DNA of 64,000 nucleotides. Origin: Eledone cirrhosa (taxonomy: Eukaryota). Below, piece after piece: positions 1 through 11,884 of this stretch. The stretch lies in contig OZ024756.1 of NCBI GenBank assembly GCA_964016885.1, positions 11,966,001-12,030,000 of the forward strand. The letters are read 5' to 3'. The position numbers were made by a program, and so were the translations under genes. The notes under the pieces were generated by a model. The model was not told the origin of the DNA. It ran no database searches and worked only from the letters and a program-made list of their open reading frames with translations. How positions within the stretch are numbered: the first letter of the stretch is position 1; the number at the start of each line of letters is the position of its first letter.

Positions 1-340
1 CCTGTTGGTACGTTGTCGGACCGCATGAACTTCGTTTTCATGCGGTTCATCTTGAGGCCTACTGCAGAGCTTTTGATGTCGAGCTCCGTCAGCATGGTCT
101 GAAGCTGATCCGTGGTTTCAGCAATGAGCACGATGTCATCAGCGAAACGGAGGTGGGTAAGTATCTCGCCATTGATGTTGACACCGCCTTACCAGTCAAT
201 GCCTCTGATGATCTGCTCGAGACACGCGGAGAAAAGTTTTGGAGAGATCGTATCTCCTTGCTTCACTCCCTTCTCGACCGGCACCCGTACGAGTGATGAC
301 AGCAGAGCTATGTCGGTGGTGCATCCGGAACTCGCCTCCC
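1..340 (-). pseudogene. RTE-clade LINE reverse transcriptase fragment
   Basis: Minus frame reads KGVKQGDTISPKLF...IDW*GGVNINGEILTHLRFADDIVLIAE...GLKMNRMKTKFM, with RT motifs QGD and FADD. In-frame stop at 189-191. Confidence 0.9.
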
Positions 341-363
341 ATATATATCGCCTACATACATAT

Positions 364-395
<32 letters not shown>

Positions 396-747
396 TCATT
401 CATTTCATTTTTCATTTCATTTTTACGTCCACTTTTCCCTGCTTGCAAGGGTGGGACGGGAACTGATTCTGGCTTGATTTCTACAGCTGGATGCCCTTCC
501 TAACACCAACCTCATTTACAGTGAGTGCTGGGTGCTTTTTTTGCCGTGGCACCTCCACGACCACTTTGCAGTGGAATGATATGGACCCCAGTCCCTATCA
601 TCTCATTTCTACAGCTGAGTAAACTGGAGCAATGTGAAATAAAGTGTCTTGCTCAAGGAAACAACACATCACCCGGTTCAAGAATTGAACTCACAACCTT
701 TCGATTGCAAGGCCAATGCTCTAACCACTAAGTGCCATGTGCCTCCA
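396..747 (-). mobile_element. tRNA-derived CORE-like SINE (family S1) with RTE-type 3' tail
   Basis: A box TGGCACTTAGTGG, B box GAGTTCAATTC, CORE-like CCTTGAGCAAGACACTTTATTTCAC and tail GGACGTAAAATGAAATG. Near-identical copies elsewhere in the window. Confidence 0.88.
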
Positions 748-1089
748 TATATATATATATATGTGTGTGTGTGTGTATTTTACTTGTAAGAAATAATTAA
801 TACTAAGCAAGAACATGGTGCCAACTTACCATTGCCACCATCACCATCACCATCACCATCATTATCACCACCACCACTACTACCACTACTACTTGCAATT
901 TTAGTTACCAATACCAATTATTTAGTGAATATCTTAACATAGTTTTAACAAACTTTCTTTGCTGTATTCTAGATTTGTCTAATGTATTCTGTTGCAAATT
1001 ATGATTCCTATTGTAGTTAATCTTAACTATTTCTTACCACAATCTTACACATAATACCATTCATGCTGTGTGTGTACCGTGTGTAGTTG

Positions 1090-1345
1090 TTGAGTAAGAT
1101 ATTTTATTTAAAAACGTGTTGAAACATATTGTTATAGTTTGGGAGGGTCGTGCTGCCAATAAAAAACACAGACACATAGGAGGATTTCACTTCAATTTGT
1201 TATTATAATTTTCCCAGTTAGTTTGATAACCATATGGTTGTTTAGTTGTTGATTGCCATCAAAGCTCTTTCATCACACATTCTGTGACCTCCTCACCAAC
1301 TAGTTTTCTTGTTATTTTGTGTCTCTCCTTTGTTCTGTCCTACAC
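1090..1345 (-). mobile_element. Decayed copy of hammerhead-bearing family H-D (same family as 61281-61745)
   Basis: Aligns by eye to 61281-61520. The core is mutated to GTGAGGA-GGTCACAGAATGTGTGAT-GAAAGAGCTTTGA. Confidence 0.6.
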
Positions 1346-1349
1346 CATC

Positions 1350-1640
1350 TTGTTAATGATATTCAGTGTGTGACAAGGTTTCCCCTTTGAATTACAGGTA
1401 CAATCCATTATTGTATCTGTGACTGAGTATTCCACTGACATGTATACTTAACGTAATTCTCAGGGAGATTCAGTGTGACACAGTACGACATAACTGGCCC
1501 TTTTAATTACATGTATTACATGTATTATAGTGTACATGACTGAACATTCTACAGACACATGAACACTTAATTCTCAGGGAGATTCAGTGTGACACTGTGT
1601 GTAACAAGGATGTTCATTTGAATTATAGGTATCACCCATC
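1350..1640. repeat. Degenerate tandem duplication (about 3 copies) of an old SINE-like segment
   Basis: Recurrent ATTCTCAGGGAGATTCAGTGTGACAC...AATTACAGGTA blocks. Confidence 0.55.
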
Positions 1641-1929
1641 TGACAGGCTTCCACACAGTTGCTGTCTACTCTACCCACTTTCACTCACAAAGCATGGGAC
1701 AACTGATGCAATGATAAATGACACACTGCTGAATATATGACAGAATGGGTTTCACCCTCAAACCTAATGTTTGCTCAACATATTTCCTAAGCATTCCACC
1801 AGATGTTTCAATAGGAAATCATCTCTGTAGTAAATCTCTCCTCTCTCTCCCTCTCTCTCTCCCTCCCTCCCTCTCTCTCTCTCTCCTGTAAAGAAAGAGT
1901 ATCTTAACTGGTTGTGTTTATTACCAAAC

Positions 1930-2505
1930 TCTAGCTACTCCTGCTTGTGGTTTCCAAAGCACTAATAGGGACACAGTCTCATATGTGGCACGATGGTAGT
2001 GGCCAACAAATCAGGGTAGGAGAGCTTGCACCCCCTGCTATTAGTGACTGCTTGTGGTCTCCAAAGCACTAATGGGGACACAGCCTCATAGGTGGCACAA
2101 ATGGCAATAGCCAACAAATCAGGGTAGGAGAGCTTGCACCCCCTGTTATTAGTGACTGCTTGTGGTCTCCAAAGCACTAATGGGGACACAGCCTCATAGG
2201 TGGCACGATGGCAGTGGCCAGCAAATCAGGGTAGGAGAGCTTGCACCCCCTGTTATTAGTGACTGCTTGTGGTCTCCAAAGCACTAATGGGGACACAGCC
2301 TCATAGGTGGCACGATGGCAGTGGCCAGCAAATCTTACTCTCCTTTTACATACAACACCAAATATGCGTGGGAGGCCAGCATATATTTCTTTTAAAGTGT
2401 CAGATGTCGCCAGCTTATGTTCAGAATGCATGTTCAAAGCAGGCAAGTGTATGCACCATCAAGGTGCTTTTGTTGTTTGGATGAAAGCATCCATGTTTCA
2501 CTAAT
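1930..2505 (-). pseudogene. RTE-type LINE C-terminal fragment containing a 107-108 bp tandem repeat (about 3.5 copies)
   Basis: Translates KEIYAGLPRIFGVVCKRRVRFAGHCHRA..VSPLVLWRPQ. Repeat anchors CCAAAGCACT at 1954, 2061, 2169 and 2276. Confidence 0.75.
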
Positions 2506-2680
2506 AACTGTTTCTAATTTAGGCACAAGGCCAGCAATAACCCCAGTACATTACTGGTACTTTATTTTATCGACCACCGTAAGGATGAAAGGCAAAGTTA
2601 ACCTCGGCGGGATTTGAACTCAGACCGCAAAGGGACGTAACTATGCTAGAAAGCATGGCATCCGACCCTCTACCGATACT
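2505..2680 (-). mobile_element. tRNA-derived SINE family S2 (Meta/MESC-like central domain)
   Basis: B box GAGTTCAAATCCC, central TTTGCCTTTCATCCTTACGGTGGTCGATAAAATAAAGTACCAGT and 3' GGCCTTGTGCC tail. Confidence 0.85.
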
Positions 2681-2822
2681 GGGCGCAAGCTCATCCTATC
2701 CCCGATGCCGTCTACAGAGATTCTAGTGTTGGCATCCAGGACTTGGCAACAGCAATGAACGACAGATCGACGTGGAGATCAATTGCCGAAGCCATTTTAG
2801 CGGAGGCCACTGGGTGATGACG
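2680..2822 (+). pseudogene. RTE-type LINE 3' end
   Basis: GRKL..YP...IQDLATAMNDRSTWRSIAEAILAEATG** followed by a GATGA tail. Same family as 1930-2505. Confidence 0.65.
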
Positions 2823-3045
2823 ACTCCTTCTAAGCTACAATAACAAACAACATGCTATTGCTGTTCCGTATGTGTGCTCTTCTCTCACAATAGTTAAACA
2901 TACATTTATATAGGCATAGATGCCTATCTTTGCAATATCTACATCTTCCTACATTTGTGAATAGGTGAGATATATATGTGTTTGTGTGTGTGTGTGTATA
3001 TATAGAGATGTATTTTAATTTTAATTATGTCTCATATAAAATAAT

Positions 3046-3229
3046 TGTTTCTACTTTAGGCACAAGGCCAGCAATTACCCAGTGCATTACTGCTACTTTA
3101 TTTTATCGACCCCGTAAGGATGAAAGGCAAAGTCAACCTCGGCGGGATTTGAACTCAGATCATAAAGGGACGTAACTATGCTGGAAAGCATGGCGTCCGA
3201 CCCTCTACCGATACTGCCAATCCACCATA
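3046..3229 (-). mobile_element. SINE S2 with target-site duplication
   Basis: Full S2 copy flanked by TCTCATATAAAATAAT at 3030-3045 and 3230-3245. Confidence 0.9.
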
Positions 3230-3322
3230 TCTCATATAAAATAATACAACTGGCTATCTGCAAAATACGTATAGTTAGCACCCCAAACGTAAAATTGGGA
3301 TTATACTAAGGTATATCCTTAA

Positions 3323-3664
3323 TGAAGGCACATGGCTTAGTGGTTAGAGCATTGGGCTTGCAGTCGAAAGGTTGTGAGTTCAATTCTTGGACTGGGTGAT
3401 GTGTTGTTTCCTTGAGCAAGACACTTTATTTCACATTGCTCCAGTTTACTCAGCTGTAGAAATGAGATGATAGGGACTGGGGCCCCTATCATTCCACTGC
3501 AAAGTGGTCATGGAGGTGCCACAGCAAAAAAAGCACCCACCACTCACTGTAAATGAGGTTGGTGTTAGGAAGGGCATCCAGCTGTAGAAATCAAGCTAGA
3601 ATCAGTTCCCGTCCCACCCTTGCAAGCAGGGAAAAGTGGACGTAAAATGAAATGATGATGATGA
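3323..3664 (+). mobile_element. SINE S1, full length
   Basis: tRNA head, CORE-like block and (GAT)n tail. Imperfect TSD ATATCCT(T)AATG. Confidence 0.9.
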
Positions 3665-3974
3665 TATCCTAATGTTTGTTGAGTGAGATGGAAGCCGGTC
3701 GGAGTATTGCTTAAAGCTTTCTCTGTTAATGTATTAAATATATATATATATATATATTTTTATTTGTTTGACCAGAATTACTTGGTCGTTTTTATGGTAG
3801 TGCGGATAATGGTTTAACCATCATCTCAGTGTGTTTGGCCTTTAACGTATGTTGTAGCTCTGGTTCATCTGAATCATTGAGCGCTTGTCACACATCTCGG
3901 AAGTTGCTTTTCGTTAATTCCTAAGCCGAAATACGATTCTCGCTAATTTATATTTGTATATATATATATATATA

Positions 3975-4281
3975 TACGATAGTAAACAAATGGAAACTAT
4001 ATTTATAAAACCATATTTATTTCATTATACATATTTCAGGGATACCATATTAAAAATATGGCATGCCTTCGTCAGATAAAATACAATATAAATAATTTTG
4101 ACGTACCATAAATATAAGCCACCATTAAGGTAGGAAATATGTATAATGAAATAAATATGGTTTTATAAATATAATTTCCATTTGTTTACTATCATATATC
4201 TACTCCAAAAACTTGTCGAGTGCTTTATATCGGTTATAAAATATTTACTTGTTGTAACCCAACAATTTTAAATAAAACTTT

Positions 4282-4286
<5 letters not shown>
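3975..4286. mobile_element. Fold-back Penelope-like pLTR/retrozyme insertion (family H-A) in (TA)n
   Basis: 3977-4036 is the inverse of 4134-4195. (TA)n on both sides. Contains a hammerhead. Confidence 0.75.
4020..4082 (-). ncRNA. Type I hammerhead ribozyme (minimal stem III), family H-A
   Basis: TTTTAT-CTGACGA-AGGCATGCCATAT ttttA ATATGGTATCCCT-GAAA-TATGTA-TA^-ATGAAA. Stems I and II pair. Confidence 0.75.
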
Positions 4287-4339
<53 letters not shown>

Positions 4340-4407
4340 ATTGTTTCTACGTTAGGCACAAGGCCAGCAATTACCCAGTGTATTACTGGTACTTTATTTT
4401 ATTTATA

Positions 4408-4583
4408 ATGAAGGAAATGTGGTAAGGAACCAGATGGACCATAACGCACCAAAGTACTCAATACTTAGGGAAGTAGAGTGGGTAATAGGAACGAGTATGA
4501 GCTCAAGCCATTTCGATGGCTAATTCTGGAGTCCAGAATTAGCTGTCGAAACGGCTTGAGCTCTGCCGTCGGGGTCCTACTCG

Positions 4584-4588
<5 letters not shown>
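4408..4588. mobile_element. Fold-back element family H-G (3' half of a hammerhead)
   Basis: Hairpin 4489-4530/4532-4587 with GAAACGGC-ttgagctct-GCCGTC (stem III plus GUC). Homologous to 53454-53645 and 22966-23150. Confidence 0.6.
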
Positions 4589-4621
<33 letters not shown>

Positions 4622-4714
4622 AATGTGTGCGTGTACATATGCATATGTATACATGTTATCTACAATCTGGGTTTGCCAATATGAATGTGTAACTTTTATG
4701 AATGTGTGTATGTG

Positions 4715-4746
<32 letters not shown>

Positions 4747-4779
4747 TATACGTATGTGTGTGTATATATATATTATATA

Positions 4780-4881
4780 TAAATGTATAGACATACTATT
4801 ATATGAGTGTGTGTGTGTGTGTGAGTATATATGTATATATATATATATATAGACATACTTATATATGTGTCAGTGTGTATG

Positions 4882-4912
<31 letters not shown>

Positions 4913-5834
4913 TTATATATATATAGTTATGCAATTATGGCTACATACAGTACTCTTTCTTCCTGTACCTTTCCGGCGGAATTACTTCATTTATATATAT
5001 ATATATATAAACACTTATATAGACATACTTATATATGTGTCAGTGTGTGTGTATATATATATATAGACATACTTATATATGTGTCAGTGTGTGTGTATAT
5101 ATATATATAGACATACTTATATATGTGTCAGTGTGTGTGTATATATATATATAGACATACTTATATATGTGTCAGTGTGTGTGTATATATATATATAGAC
5201 ATACTTATATATGTGTCAGTGTGTGTGTATATATATATATAGACATACTTATATATGTGTCAGTGTGTGTGTATATATATATATAGACATACTTATATAT
5301 GTGTCAGTGTGTGTATATATATATATATAGAGATACTTATATATGTGTCAGTGTGTGTGTATATATATATATAGACATACTTATATATGTGTCAGTGTGT
5401 GTATATATATATATATAGACATACTTATATATGTGTCAGTGTGTGTGTATATATATATATATAGACATACTTATATATGTGTCAGTGTGTGTGTATATAT
5501 ATATATAGACATACTTATATATGTGTCAGTGTGTGTGTATATATATATATAGACATACTTATATATGTGTCAGTGTGTGTGTATATATATATATAGACAT
5601 ACTTATATATGTGTCAGTGTGTGTGTATATATATATATAGACATACTTATATATGTGTCAGTGTGTGTGTATATATATATATAGACATACTTATATATGT
5701 GTCAGTGTGTGTATATATATATATATAGACATACTTATATATGTGTCAGTGTGTGTATATATATATATAGACATACTTATATATGTGTCAGTGTGTGTGT
5801 ATATATATATATAGACATACTTATATATGTGTCA

Positions 5835-5901
<67 letters not shown>

Positions 5902-5920
5902 TATACTTATATATGTGTCA

Positions 5921-5953
<33 letters not shown>

Positions 5954-5960
5954 CATACAT
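4780..5960. repeat. About 44-46 bp minisatellite AGACATACTTATATATGTGTCAG(TG)n(TA)n, about 20 copies
   Basis: Directly visible tandem units with variable (TG)/(TA) length. Confidence 0.9.
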
Positions 5961-6139
5961 ACTTATGTGTGTGTGTTTCTATTATATTTATTTTCGAATA
6001 TTATTTATCTCTCAAAAAGATAAGACAGTTTAGATATATCCAGAACACACACACTCTCTCTCTTTCTAGAGAGACAGAGAGAGAGAGAGAGAGAGAGCGT
6101 GTTATATATATCACTATAGAAAATGTGATAAAGATAGTG

Positions 6140-6184
6140 TTGTATATATATATATATATGTGTGTATGTGTATATATACATATA

Positions 6185-6223
<39 letters not shown>

Positions 6224-6450
6224 ATATATATATATGTGTGTGTGTATATATATATATGTGTATATATATATATATATGTGTGTATATATATATATGTGTG
6301 TATATATATATATGTGTGTATATATACATATATATGTGTGTGTATATAGATATATGTGTGTATATATATGTGTGTATATATATATATGTGTATATATATA
6401 TGTGTGTATATATATATATATATGTGTGTGTGTGTATATATATATATGTG

Positions 6451-6481
<31 letters not shown>

Positions 6482-6606
6482 ATATAGATATATGTGTGTG
6501 TATATATATATGTGTATATATATATGTGTGTATATATATGTGTGTATATATATATATGTGTGTGTGTGTGTGTATATATATATGTGTGTGTATATATATA
6601 TGTGTG

Positions 6607-6651
<45 letters not shown>

Positions 6652-6682
6652 ATATATGTGTGTGTGTATATATATATATATC
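6140..6682. repeat. Compound (TA)n/(TG)n microsatellite
   Basis: Directly visible. Confidence 0.95.
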
Positions 6683-6769
6683 CACTGTGATGATCTATCT
6701 TAGGTTTGTTTATCGGCCAGTTGCAGCTGTCAAGGTTAGATAACATCTATTCTCTGACACTATAAGATA

Positions 6770-7620
6770 ACTACTGCTACTACTACTGCTGCTGCTACTA
6801 CTACTGCTACTACTACTACTGCTACTTCTACTGCTACTACTACTACTATTACTACTGCTGCTGCTACTACTACTACTATTACTACTGCTGCTACTACTAC
6901 TACTATTACTACTGCTGCTACTACTACTACTATTACTACTGCTGCTATTACTACTACTGCTACTACTACTACTGCTGCTACTACTACTACTACTGCTGCT
7001 ACTACTACTACTATTACTACTGCTGCTGCTGCTACTACTACTACTATTACTACTGCTGCTACTACTACTACTGCTGCTACTACTACTACTATTACTACTG
7101 CTGCTACTACTACTACTACTATTACTACTACTGCTGCTACTACTACTACTATTACTACTACTACTACTGCTGCTGCTACTACTACTACTACTGTTGCTAC
7201 TACTACTACTATTACTACTGCTGCTACTACTACTACTATTACTACTGCTGCTATTACCACTACTATTACTACTGCTGCTACTACTACTACTGCTGCTACT
7301 ACTACTATTACTACTGCTGCTGCTACTACTACTACTATTACTACTGCTGCTACTACTACTACTATTACTACTGCTGCTATTACCACTACTATTACTACTG
7401 CTGCTACTACTACTACTATTACTACTCCTGATACTACTACTACTAATACTACTACTGCTACTACTATTACTACTCCTGCTACTACTACTACTATTACTAC
7501 TCCTGCTACTACTACTACTATTACTACTGCTGCTGCTGCTACTACTACTATTACTACTGCTGCTGCTACTACTATTGCCACCACCATTACTACTGCTGCT
7601 GCTACTACTACTACTTCTCC
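6770..7620. repeat. (CTA/CTG/TTA)n trinucleotide tract
   Basis: Directly visible. Explains the poly-S, poly-L and poly-V ORFs. Confidence 0.95.
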
Positions 7621-7699
7621 CATTATTTGATAGCTGTAAGAGATGATGATGATGATGATGGTGGTAGTGGTTGTGGAGTAATATACTCCGCCTGCCCAT

Positions 7700-7887
7700 T
7701 CTTTCTACATTTGGCACAAGGCCAGCAATTACCCCAGTACATTACTGGTACTTTATTTTATCGACCCCGTAAGGATGAAAGGCAAAGTCAACCTCGGCGG
7801 GATTTGAACTCAGATCGTAAAGGGACGTAACTCTATGCTGCAAAGCATGGCGTCTGACCCTCTACCAATACTGCCAATCCACCGCCA
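7700..7887 (-). mobile_element. SINE S2
   Basis: Matches other S2 copies, including the head GGCGGTGGATTGGCAG. Confidence 0.88.
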
Positions 7888-8081
7888 AATAATAATGTGT
7901 ATTCCATAGTAATTAGGCAGAGGGCCAAAAAATTTGGTGATGAAGGACAATATTAAATAAGTCAACCTCAGTGTATCGCTGGTACTATATTTTGTCAACA
8001 TTGGAAAGATGAAAAACATCCTAATGAAATTATATTGATTTCTAATTTGACGAAAGTCGATCGATTGTTGATATATATATA

Positions 8082-8082
<1 letters not shown>

Positions 8083-8114
<32 letters not shown>

Positions 8115-8352
8115 TCTTTGAGTCTCAGTCATTGATGTTAGTTAACTGGAAAGTTTGTTGAAATGAATATCAAGCCACAACCTGCAGCCTCAGATATTCA
8201 GGACGTATCGGAGGGTTCTTGCTGTTCCCAGCAAGCATGCCTTTTGAAGCGTTCCAAAAAGCGTGAAGGGGCCAATTTTCTTTAACCATCCCTGGAAACT
8301 TTTTGAGATAGTCCCTAGTGCGCCTATGACAATCGGGACCACTTTGACTTCA
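8083..8352 (-). pseudogene. R4/Dong-type (RLE) LINE 3' end with (TAA)n tail
   Basis: Translates EVKVVPIVIGALGTISKSFQGWLKKIG...LQKACLLGTARTLRYVLNI*. The 3' UTR ends in (TAA)n. Confidence 0.85.
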
Positions 8353-8389
8353 TATATATATATTATTATTATTATTATTATTATTATTA

Positions 8390-8815
8390 GGGTGGTGGAT
8401 TGGCAGTATCGGTAGAGGGTCGGACGCCATGCTTTGCAGCATAGAGTTACGGCTCTTTATGATCTGAGCTCAAATCCCGTCGAGGTTAACTTTGCCTTTC
8501 ATCCTTACGGGGTCGATAAAATAAAGTACCAGTAATGCACTGGGGTCGATTTAATAGACTTTCCCCTCCCCCAAAATTACTGGCCTTGTGCCTATATAAG
8601 AAACCATTATTATTGTGGATTGGCAGTATCGGTGGAGGGTCGGACGCCATGCTTTCCAGCATAGTTACGTACCTTTACGATCTGAGTTCAAATCCCGCCG
8701 AGGTTGACTTTCACTTTCATCCTTACGGGGTCGATAAAATATAGTACCAGTAATGAACTGGGTAATTGCTGGCCTTGTGCCTAACGTAGAAACAATTATT
8801 ATTATTATTATTATT
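8390..8815 (+). mobile_element. Two tandem SINE S2 copies
   Basis: Heads at about 8390 and 8615, each ending in (TTA)n. Confidence 0.88.
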
Positions 8816-8914
8816 AGGATCAATATTGTGACCTAATTGAGCCTTGAAACCTTAGGTAGCACTTTTGTTCCGTGTGTGAACATAATATAACAACGTATCA
8901 GCTTTCTGCTATAG

Positions 8915-9332
8915 ATAGATTTCTTTATTAGCCACAAGGGCGCAACAAGAAAGGGGACAATACAAAGACATGCCGGGGATTTTACATACAGTCGTGTAAA
9001 AAATATAAAAACAAACAATTTCAACAATCGAAATCCCCAATAGGGGGGAGGCGCCACAAATGGGTTGTTTAATACCCCGTTGATAGAACAATCCTCAACT
9101 TGAGGAGCGTGTTGTGCAAGTGCTCCTTTCTTCCTTTTGCTCTCTTCCTCAACCTACAGGCTTATAAACAGAGAAGGCCCAATCACTCAGGCCATTTTCG
9201 CTTCATTCACCCACCTTTCAGTAAATTTACTGGGGTGCAGTGCCTCTCTCTCCACACTGATTCTCCTTCTAAAGTGATACTTAAAGAAGGCAATCAATTG
9301 TTGTCCGGAGAGAAAGGCATCTGTCCTCAGAG
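8915..9332 (-). pseudogene. L1/Tx1-clade LINE 3' end
   Basis: LRTDAFLSGQQLIAFFKYHFRRRISVEREALHPSKFTERW. The 3' UTR ends AATAAAGAAAT next to (GATA)n. Similar to 13855-14350. Confidence 0.65.
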
Positions 9333-9439
9333 ATAGATAGATAGATAGATATGAACACATGTGAATCATTAATTAAGATACAGAAAGCATACACCCACAC
9401 CCACCTCTGCAGAAACCCGCTCTTCCCTACCATTGACAC

Positions 9440-10295
9440 CCAAAATTCGGAATTGACACCATCAATGTGAGCACAATGGATAAATTGTAGAGATGTTAGA
9501 GTAAAATGAAATTGATGTATGTTATGTGCAACAGACTAGATGGAGAGGAGAGTCAGCTAGACTCCTTGTAGGCAAAAAACAATGTTACAAATTTTTCTGG
9601 GTGGGGAATGACAACGAGTTGGGTGGAGTAGGTGTTTTATTAGCTGATAAATAGGTAGATAAAGTAATCTCGGTGAATATGAGAATCATTAAACACAGAC
9701 TAGTCCTGAATAAAACAATAACTAGAATTATATCCACATGGAGGCACATGGCTTAGTGGTTAGAGCATTGGCCTTGCATTCGAAAGGTTGTGAGTTCAAT
9801 TCTCCGACCAGGTGATGTGTTGTTTCCTTGAGCAAGACACTTTATTTCACATTGCTCCAGTTTACTCAGCTGTAGAAATGAGATGATAGAGACTGGGGTC
9901 CCTATCATTCCACTGCAAAATGGTCGTGGAGGTGCCACGGCAAAAAAAACACCCAGCACTCACCGTAAATGAGGTTGGTGTTAAGAAGGGCATCCAGCTG
10001 TAGAAATCAAGCCAGAATCAGTTCCCGTCCCACCCTTGCAAGCAGGGAAAGGTGGGCGTGAAATGAAATGATGATACACACCCAATCTGGGTTGTCAGAC
10101 TAACTGAAGGATAGGTTTTACGAGTCCCTAATGCACATCACCACTCTAAAGAATGACAATGACTTCTTACTCATTGCAGGGGACTTTAACGTTGGGCAAC
10201 ACAGAGACGGCTTCTATAGAGTCCATGGAGGCTACGGGTTTGGCACAAGAAATGAAGAAGGTTTCAGACTTCTAGAATTCTGCGATGCCAATTGT
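9440..10295 (+). pseudogene. RTE-BovB-like APE endonuclease fragment interrupted by a SINE
   Basis: YKFFWVGNDNELGGVGVLL...RIIST / LLIAGDFNVGQHRDGFYRVHGGYGFGTRNEEGFRLLEFCDAN, with stops and frameshifts. Confidence 0.85.
9738..10075 (+). mobile_element. SINE S1 inserted in the RTE endonuclease fragment
   Basis: Full S1 consensus. Confidence 0.9.
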
Positions 10296-10424
10296 GTGCC
10301 AAAAGTAGAAGCAATTATTACAAAGACAGTGGCTTGGTCGAATCATTAGAGCATTGGACAAAATATTTTGCAGCGTTAAGTTATGACCCTTTATATTCAG
10401 AGTTCAAATCCTGTGAAGGTCAAC

Positions 10425-10995
10425 TTTACATGTTACCATTCCAGTACTCTACAATATAGACATCTAGTGTCTCCCACATGTTATCAATCCAGTACTCTAC
10501 AATATAGACATGTAGTGTCTCCCACATGTTACCATTCCAGTACTCTACAGCATAGACATGTAGTGTTCCCACATGTTAGCATTCCAGTACTCTACAGTAT
10601 AGACATGTAGTGTTCCCACATGTTAGCATTCCAGTACTCTACAGTATAGACACCTAGTGTCTCCCACATGTTATCATTCCAGTACTCTACAATATAGACA
10701 TGTAGTGTCTCCCACATGTTACCATTCCAGTACTCTACAGTATAGACATGTAGTGTTCCCACATGTTAGCATTCCAGTACTCTACAGTATAGACATGTAG
10801 TGTTCCCACATGTTAGCATTCCAGTACTCTACAGTATAGACATGTAGTGTTCTCACATGTTTTCATTCCAGTACTCTACAGTATAGACATGTAGTGTCTC
10901 CCACATGTTACCATTCCAGTACTCTACAATATAGACATGTAGTGTCTCCCACATGTTACCATTCCAGTTCTATATAGACATGTAGTGTTCCCAGC
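10425..10995. repeat. 47-48 bp minisatellite (about 12 copies) inside an old S2 SINE (10330-11160)
   Basis: Unit CATGTAGTGTCTCCCACATGTTACCATTCCAGTACTCTACAATATAGA. SINE head lies before it and the SINE body resumes at about 11030. Confidence 0.9.
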
Positions 10996-11711
10996 ATGTA
11001 GAACATTGTAGCCAATAAAACATATCGTTCACCTTTTTCCACTGTGTGGGGTCAGTAAAATAAAGTACCAGTCACATACTGGGGTTGATATAATCGATGT
11101 TCTTTCCCCTACCCACCAAAAACATTGTTGGCCTTGTACCTAAATTAAAAACCATAATTTTGTTGATTGGCCCATGCAATAGTGCAATACTCACTCTTTC
11201 CTCATTATCTTCGCCAAATATTTATGCTATTGTCCCATTTTGTCAGTTTTTCTGCTGGTATTTCTACTTCTCCTGCAAGAGTCATGTGTGACAGGAAATC
11301 GGTTAGAAATAGGATGAGAAAATGATAGGATTTAAATATTGAGTGCGAAGCTGAATGAAATTTTGTGTAAGCTGATTTCTTGTTGGAAATCGAATGATTT
11401 CTATAAATAGCAATACTTTTCACTTAAGAAGTCTACTTGTCCCAATTTTTAAAATGAGTTTATGTTCTTGAAAATATAGTCAACTTGAAAATCTTCATAG
11501 AATCAATTTAGCTCTTAACATATTTGCCAGCAGAACTGTTAAAGTGTCGAAGCCTCTCTGTTGTATTCTCACCATCATGTTTAGTTCTTTGAATTTTGAA
11601 GACAGTTTCAACCTCTTTCTCATTTTATTTATACTTGTTCTCTTGTTTAGAGACAGAAATGAGTGTTGCTGGTCACATCTGTAAGTAAAGAGGTATGCTT
11701 CTAGTGAGAAT

Positions 11712-11882
11712 AATGGTTTCTCATTTGGGAGGATGGGGGAAAGTTGATTAAATCGACACCAGTGCATTACTGGTACTTTATTTTATCAACCCCCGTAAGG
11801 ATGAAAGTCAAATCTAACCTCAGCAGGATTTGAACTCAAAACGTAAAGGGATGTAACTATATGCCGAGAAGCATGTTGTTCA
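11712..11882 (-). mobile_element. SINE S2 (diverged)
   Basis: ACTGGTACTTTATTTTATCAACCCCCGTAAGGATGAAAG block and B box. Confidence 0.8.
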
Positions 11883-11884
11883 AG

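Noticed and set aside
200-240. CTGATGA/CTGAAGA/CTGACGA matches here and at about 35350(-), 35871, 36074 and 41935
   Set aside because: No correctly spaced GAAA..UH with pairing stems, so they are chance matches.
3323-3395. tRNA genes at SINE heads
   Set aside because: A and B boxes are present, but there is no proper acceptor stem and each continues into a SINE body.
4780-7717. Long ORFs (YI/VC repeats, poly-S, poly-L, poly-V)
   Set aside because: They are translations of (TA)/(TG) and (CTA) microsatellites. The same applies to 27.5-29.3, 32.5-33.8, 50.5-51.0, 54.0-54.4 and 56.9-58.3 kb.
10131-10349. 'Craniofacial development protein 2-like' host gene
   Set aside because: This is the RTE endonuclease domain, disrupted by stops and a SINE.
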